64,000 bases of DNA, from the NCBI GenBank assembly GCA_034520965.1, contig JAXHMY010000001.1:1024001-1088000 (forward strand), in the 5' to 3' direction. Made by a program: the position numbers and the translations under genes. Of this stretch, positions 60,213-64,000 are shown piece by piece. This stretch comes from Spirochaetia bacterium. GTDB taxonomy: Bacteria > Spirochaetota > Spirochaetia > DSM-16054 > Sediminispirochaetaceae. Position 1 is the first letter of the stretch. Each line of letters starts with the position of its first letter. Under the pieces are notes generated by a model. It was not told the origin of the DNA. It did no database searches and saw nothing but the letters and a program-made list of their open reading frames with translations.

Positions 60213-61483
60213 TTCTCAAGATTTCCTATTTTTTTCTTCGATGCAAGCAGCACTTTGCTTGCCCCTATACCAAAGGCAAGAGCAATATAAGGTTCGAGGG
60301 GCACCCGAAAACGGGCATAAGACTCCCACCCTGCAGACACTGCGATAATAAGAAAAGTTAACACTGCAACCGGCAGGAGCTGTGGGCGACGATACACTCC
60401 GTAAAAAGCAAATACCCAAACCGCCAGCATTAAAGAGCTGTAGAGCATAGAAGCATACGGGGCCGCTTTTTCCCCGATAAAATAGGAAATATACGTCTCA
60501 TGATCGCCGAACATCAGCCGCATGGCACCCCAGAACGCAACCTTTATATAGGTTATGGGATTGCTTTTAATTATTTCGACGGCTTCAACCTTGAGCTCCT
60601 TCCCCCGCTGCAGCCCTTCCGCACTGTAGTCCCGTTTTCGCTCTAGATTGTATCTGTCTAGATACTCTTCGACTATCTCATCTACTTCCGAATTGCTTTG
60701 TACCGCCTCGACTGCAGCGGCCCTGTAGAACAGCAGATTGACATAGTCGATAGCCGAAATGCTCCAGTAGTTACTCACCAAGCCGTTTCTGACAATCCAG
60801 CCGCCGCTTATGGTCAGGAAGATTAAGAATGGAATGATGATTTTATAATGAGCTTTGGTTGTGTTCTTATTAACCACCTGCCACAGAAGGAACAAAATCA
60901 AAACGGCTATTAATGGATAAAAGGCCACAGGTCGGACCAGGGTTCCATATCCCCAAAACAGCCCGGCCATAATACCGTAAGCACCCCTTCGCTTGTCACT
61001 TGTTATTATTTTATATGTAAAATAGACCCCAAGAAACAGAAAGAAGGTAAACACAGTTTCGGTCATAAAAGAGGCTACCGAAAAAAAAGCGGTAGGATTC
61101 AAGGCATAATACGCACCGCCGAGTAGTGCAGCCGTATGTTCCCCAAGGGAATACAGCATTTTCACAATTAGATATGCAACTGTTCCATCAAGGGCAATCT
61201 GGAAGAAAAGTAGCCACCACTCCCAATTGCTTGAAGAGAGCGACTTAAAAAGGGCGATAATTAAGGGGTAGCCGGGAGTACGGCTTACCTCAGGATAATA
61301 TTCTCCGCTTGGAAGTTGAGAAGTGTATCCCCGACCTTCACGCAGATTCTCCGCTACGCTGGTGTAGGACTTTGTATCTGTTTCAAAAAAACCCTCCATA
61401 CCGAGGGTCTGGTAGCTGATAAATACCCACAGTACACGAACGATAAGTGCAGCGAGCAGAATGTAGTACGGCCATTTTTTCAT
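60209..61483 (-). CDS. GT-C fold membrane glycosyltransferase (ArnT/PMT_2-like)
   Basis: DTKSY loop, RTPGYPL, MTETVF, LVRP, WIVRN, RFRVP; many TM helices. Confidence 0.85.
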   Translation of the reverse strand: MKKWPYYILLAALIVRVLWVFISYQTLGMEGFFETDTKSYTSVAENLREGRGYTSQLPSGEYYPEVSRTPGYPLIIALFKSLSSSNWEWWLLFFQIALDGTVAYLIVKMLYSLGEHTAALLGGAYYALNPTAFFSVASFMTETVFTFFLFLGVYFTYKIITSDKRRGAYGIMAGLFWGYGTLVRPVAFYPLIAVLILFLLWQVVNKNTTKAHYKIIIPFLIFLTISGGWIVRNGLVSNYWSISAIDYVNLLFYRAAAVEAVQSNSEVDEIVEEYLDRYNLERKRDYSAEGLQRGKELKVEAVEIIKSNPITYIKVAFWGAMRLMFGDHETYISYFIGEKAAPYASMLYSSLMLAVWVFAFYGVYRRPQLLPVAVLTFLIIAVSAGWESYARFRVPLEPYIALAFGIGASKVLLASKKKIGNLEK

Positions 61484-61505
61484 TTTTTCACTCGACTGCA
61501 TTGCC

Positions 61506-61895
61506 CTATGCCTTGAATATAAACAGTTTTCTGGAGCTAAAGTTCCAAATCAATACAATTCCGGTGGCAATTACTTTCGCGGCCATTGCATGGATATCCA
61601 AAAGACCATGCATAGTCCACATAAACAGCATATTCAAAACCAGCCCTACCCCGCTTACCAGGTACACCAGAAAGGCTTCCAGCCGCACCGAATGCCGCCC
61701 CCGTTGAAACACAAACAGGATGCTCAGAATATAGTTGGCCCCGGTAGCAAGAGTAAACGCAACGACCACGGCCAACAGATAATGAAACTGCAGCTGGTAA
61801 TTACACAAATAAAAACTGCCCCATTCTATGAGCGCTGCCGTACCTCCAACCCCTATATAACGAATAAACTGCCGGGTAAGTGCCTTTAGATTCAT
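61506..61895 (-). CDS. gtrA: GtrA family flippase-like protein
   Basis: [31 protein letters not shown]. Confidence 0.9.
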   Translation of the reverse strand: MNLKALTRQFIRYIGVGGTAALIEWGSFYLCNYQLQFHYLLAVVVAFTLATGANYILSILFVFQRGRHSVRLEAFLVYLVSGVGLVLNMLFMWTMHGLLDIHAMAAKVIATGIVLIWNFSSRKLFIFKA

Positions 61896-62605
61896 TTTTT
61901 TCCAAACAAATTATATTTTAAAATGCAGAAAATAGCATGTACACCGTCTCTCCAACCTATTTTCTTCCCCTCTTCGTAGGTTCTCCCGTAATAAGAGATA
62001 CCAACTTCATAGATAGAACAGTGGCGTTTTGCAATTTTGGCCGTAATCTCCGGCTCGAAGCCAAAGCGCTTTTCCTTAATATCTATGGACTGAATAATAT
62101 CCCGCTTAAACGCTTTGTAACAGGTTTCCATGTCGGTTAGGTTTATATTGGTACACATATTTGAAAGAGTCGTAAGGAATGAATTACCAAGCCGATGCCA
62201 GTAATATACAACCCGATGAGCGTGTCCGCCCATAAACCGCGATCCATACACCACATCCGCCTTCTCCTGTAAAAATGGCTGCAGGATGAGGGGGTACTCA
62301 TTCGGATCGTACTCCAGGTCGGCATCTTGAATTATTACAATATCTCCGGTGGCTGCCTGAATCCCGGTTTTTAAGGCCGCCCCTTTTCCTTTGTTTTTCT
62401 CGTGGTACAAGACCTGCTGCACCTTTGGTCGGATTTCCTGCTCAAGGAGTTCGCGGGTTCCATCATTGGAAAAGTCGTCGATGACTATGATCTCTTTATG
62501 AGGAACCGGGGCTGCGTTCACCGCATCAATAATGGTATGCAGAGTTTCTTTTTCATTATAACAGGGAATAATTATGGACAGCTTAATGTCTTCTATGGAT
62601 TTCAT
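61892..62605 (-). CDS. GT2 polyprenol-phosphate glycosyltransferase (DPM1-like)
   Basis: [55 protein letters not shown]. Confidence 0.92.
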   Translation of the reverse strand: MKSIEDIKLSIIIPCYNEKETLHTIIDAVNAAPVPHKEIIVIDDFSNDGTRELLEQEIRPKVQQVLYHEKNKGKGAALKTGIQAATGDIVIIQDADLEYDPNEYPLILQPFLQEKADVVYGSRFMGGHAHRVVYYWHRLGNSFLTTLSNMCTNINLTDMETCYKAFKRDIIQSIDIKEKRFGFEPEITAKIAKRHCSIYEVGISYYGRTYEEGKKIGWRDGVHAIFCILKYNLFGKK

Positions 62606-63558
62606 TATCCTTCCTCACTCAATAGGTCTTCAAAATAAGATATTGTTTTGATAAGCCCTTCTTTCAAAGATACGGTGGGGCTCCAATCCAGTTTTTCTCT
62701 TGCAAGACCAATATCCGGTTTTCGTCTCTGGGGATCATCCTGGGGCAGCTCTTTATGAATCAGGGACGACGAGCTGCCGGTTAAATTAATAATGGTCTCC
62801 GCCAATTCCAGTATCGTATTTTCCTGCGGGTTACCCAGGTTTACCGGACCGGTAAACCCTTTAGGAGAGGCCATCATCTTGATCATCCCGTCTACCAGAT
62901 CATCCACGTAACAGAAAGAGCGGGTATGGTTTCCTTCTCCAAAAATAGTGATATCCTCGTTACGCAGCGCCTGGACGATGAAATTACTCACCACCCGCCC
63001 GTCGTGGGGATGCATATGAGGTCCATAGGTGTTGAAGATACGAACCACCTTTATATCAACATTGTCCTCGCGGTGGTAGTCGAAGAAAACCGTTTCCGCA
63101 CAGCGTTTGCCTTCATCATAACAGGCCCGCGGCCCGATGGTATTTACCGCGCCACGGTAAGATTCCACCTGCGGATGAACTTCCGGATCGCCATACACTT
63201 CACTGGTAGAGGCTTGTAGGACCCTGGCCTTGATTTGATCGGCCAGCCCCAGCACGTTGATTGCTCCCATAACGTTTGTTTTTACCGTCTTTACGGGGTT
63301 AAACTGGTAATGGATCGGGGAGGCTGGGCAAGCGAGATTATATATCTCATCAGCCTCCAGAAGAATCGGTTCAATGATATCGTGCCGTATCAGTTCAAAG
63401 TTTTTGTAGTCGAGCAAATGCTCTATATTGCGACGGGAGCCTGTAAAAAAGTTATCCAGGCAGATCACATCTACACCCTGCTTCACAAGTTTTTCCGACA
63501 AATGTGAGCCGATAAAACCAGCACCGCCGGTTATTAACACTTGTGTACGTAAATCCAT
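62605..63558 (-). CDS. uxs: UDP-glucuronate decarboxylase (UDP-xylose synthase)
   Basis: [54 protein letters not shown]. Confidence 0.93.
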   Translation of the reverse strand: MDLRTQVLITGGAGFIGSHLSEKLVKQGVDVICLDNFFTGSRRNIEHLLDYKNFELIRHDIIEPILLEADEIYNLACPASPIHYQFNPVKTVKTNVMGAINVLGLADQIKARVLQASTSEVYGDPEVHPQVESYRGAVNTIGPRACYDEGKRCAETVFFDYHREDNVDIKVVRIFNTYGPHMHPHDGRVVSNFIVQALRNEDITIFGEGNHTRSFCYVDDLVDGMIKMMASPKGFTGPVNLGNPQENTILELAETIINLTGSSSSLIHKELPQDDPQRRKPDIGLAREKLDWSPTVSLKEGLIKTISYFEDLLSEEG

Positions 63559-63571
63559 TTTTATATCCTTG

Positions 63572-64000
63572 CTAATTCTTTTTTACAGCCCAGAAGGTTT
63601 CCTTCTTCGGTTTGAAGAAGTTCTTCAGGTGAATCGCCACATGGCGGGGTTCATAAAGTTTAATATGAGAAACAGCAAACGTAAAAAACATTCTTTTGGC
63701 ATGCATTCCGAAGGCATCCCGGAAATAGTTCAATTCTATTTTCTCAAACCCAAAATGAGTGTCCTCATGCAGGTCTCCGAACCCATAGAAATCGGCCGAA
63801 TACTTCTCTTCGATAAACGCATCCAGTGGATTATCCTTTTTGTTCAGCCGCGCGCCCAGCTCAAGCCGTTCCATAATTTCAAAGGGAAACACAATGTGCA
63901 TTTTACTGCCGCCGAGATTGTATTTCTCTTCAATAGCGGCCAGAACCGTTTTAGAAAAGGCGAGCCTCTTGTTCATCTTTTCCAGTTCGAGATACGAGAG
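63572..64000 (-). CDS. C-terminal part of an unidentified protein, open to the window edge
   Basis: Frame stays open upstream of ATG 63976 ([12 protein letters not shown]...). Confidence 0.6.
   Translation of the reverse strand, partial: LSYLELEKMNKRLAFSKTVLAAIEEKYNLGGSKMHIVFPFEIMERLELGARLNKKDNPLDAFIEEKYSADFYGFGDLHEDTHFGFEKIELNYFRDAFGMHAKRMFFTFAVSHIKLYEPRHVAIHLKNFFKPKKETFWAVKKN

Overview
A 64-kb bacterial chromosomal segment whose gene set points to a free-living spirochete (Spirochaetia): lgt-fapA-flhG-like order, a STAS+Zn-ribbon/CesT/PspA operon and an Asp-type MurA. Most of it is housekeeping, envelope and signalling: gpmI, feo genes, an RpoS-like sigma, ctpA, rsmE, murA, dcd, dapB, and GGDEF-EAL and HD-GYP proteins. 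It also holds a crtQ-crtO-like glycosyl/acyl pair, one IS1-like element with 21-bp terminal inverted repeats, a lower-GC block (BrnT-like TA pair, hybrid kinase, REC-HD-GYP, second fapA), a high-GC outer-membrane/lipoprotein/GT4/START-like operon, and a uxs-GT2-gtrA-GT-C glycosylation cluster followed by three predicted outer-membrane barrels. The strongest non-coding signal is a dense DnaA-box cluster with AT-rich repeats at 33.34-33.66 kb. There is no dnaA or dnaN in the window, and by eye the GC skew appears to change sign near it, so it is a candidate dnaA-unlinked oriC. Two copies of a ~70-nt hairpin element lie at 41.5-41.85 kb. Six single-base frameshifts in five genes may be sequencing errors. 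No tRNA, rRNA or CRISPR array was seen. All calls come from reading the sequence; no searches were run.
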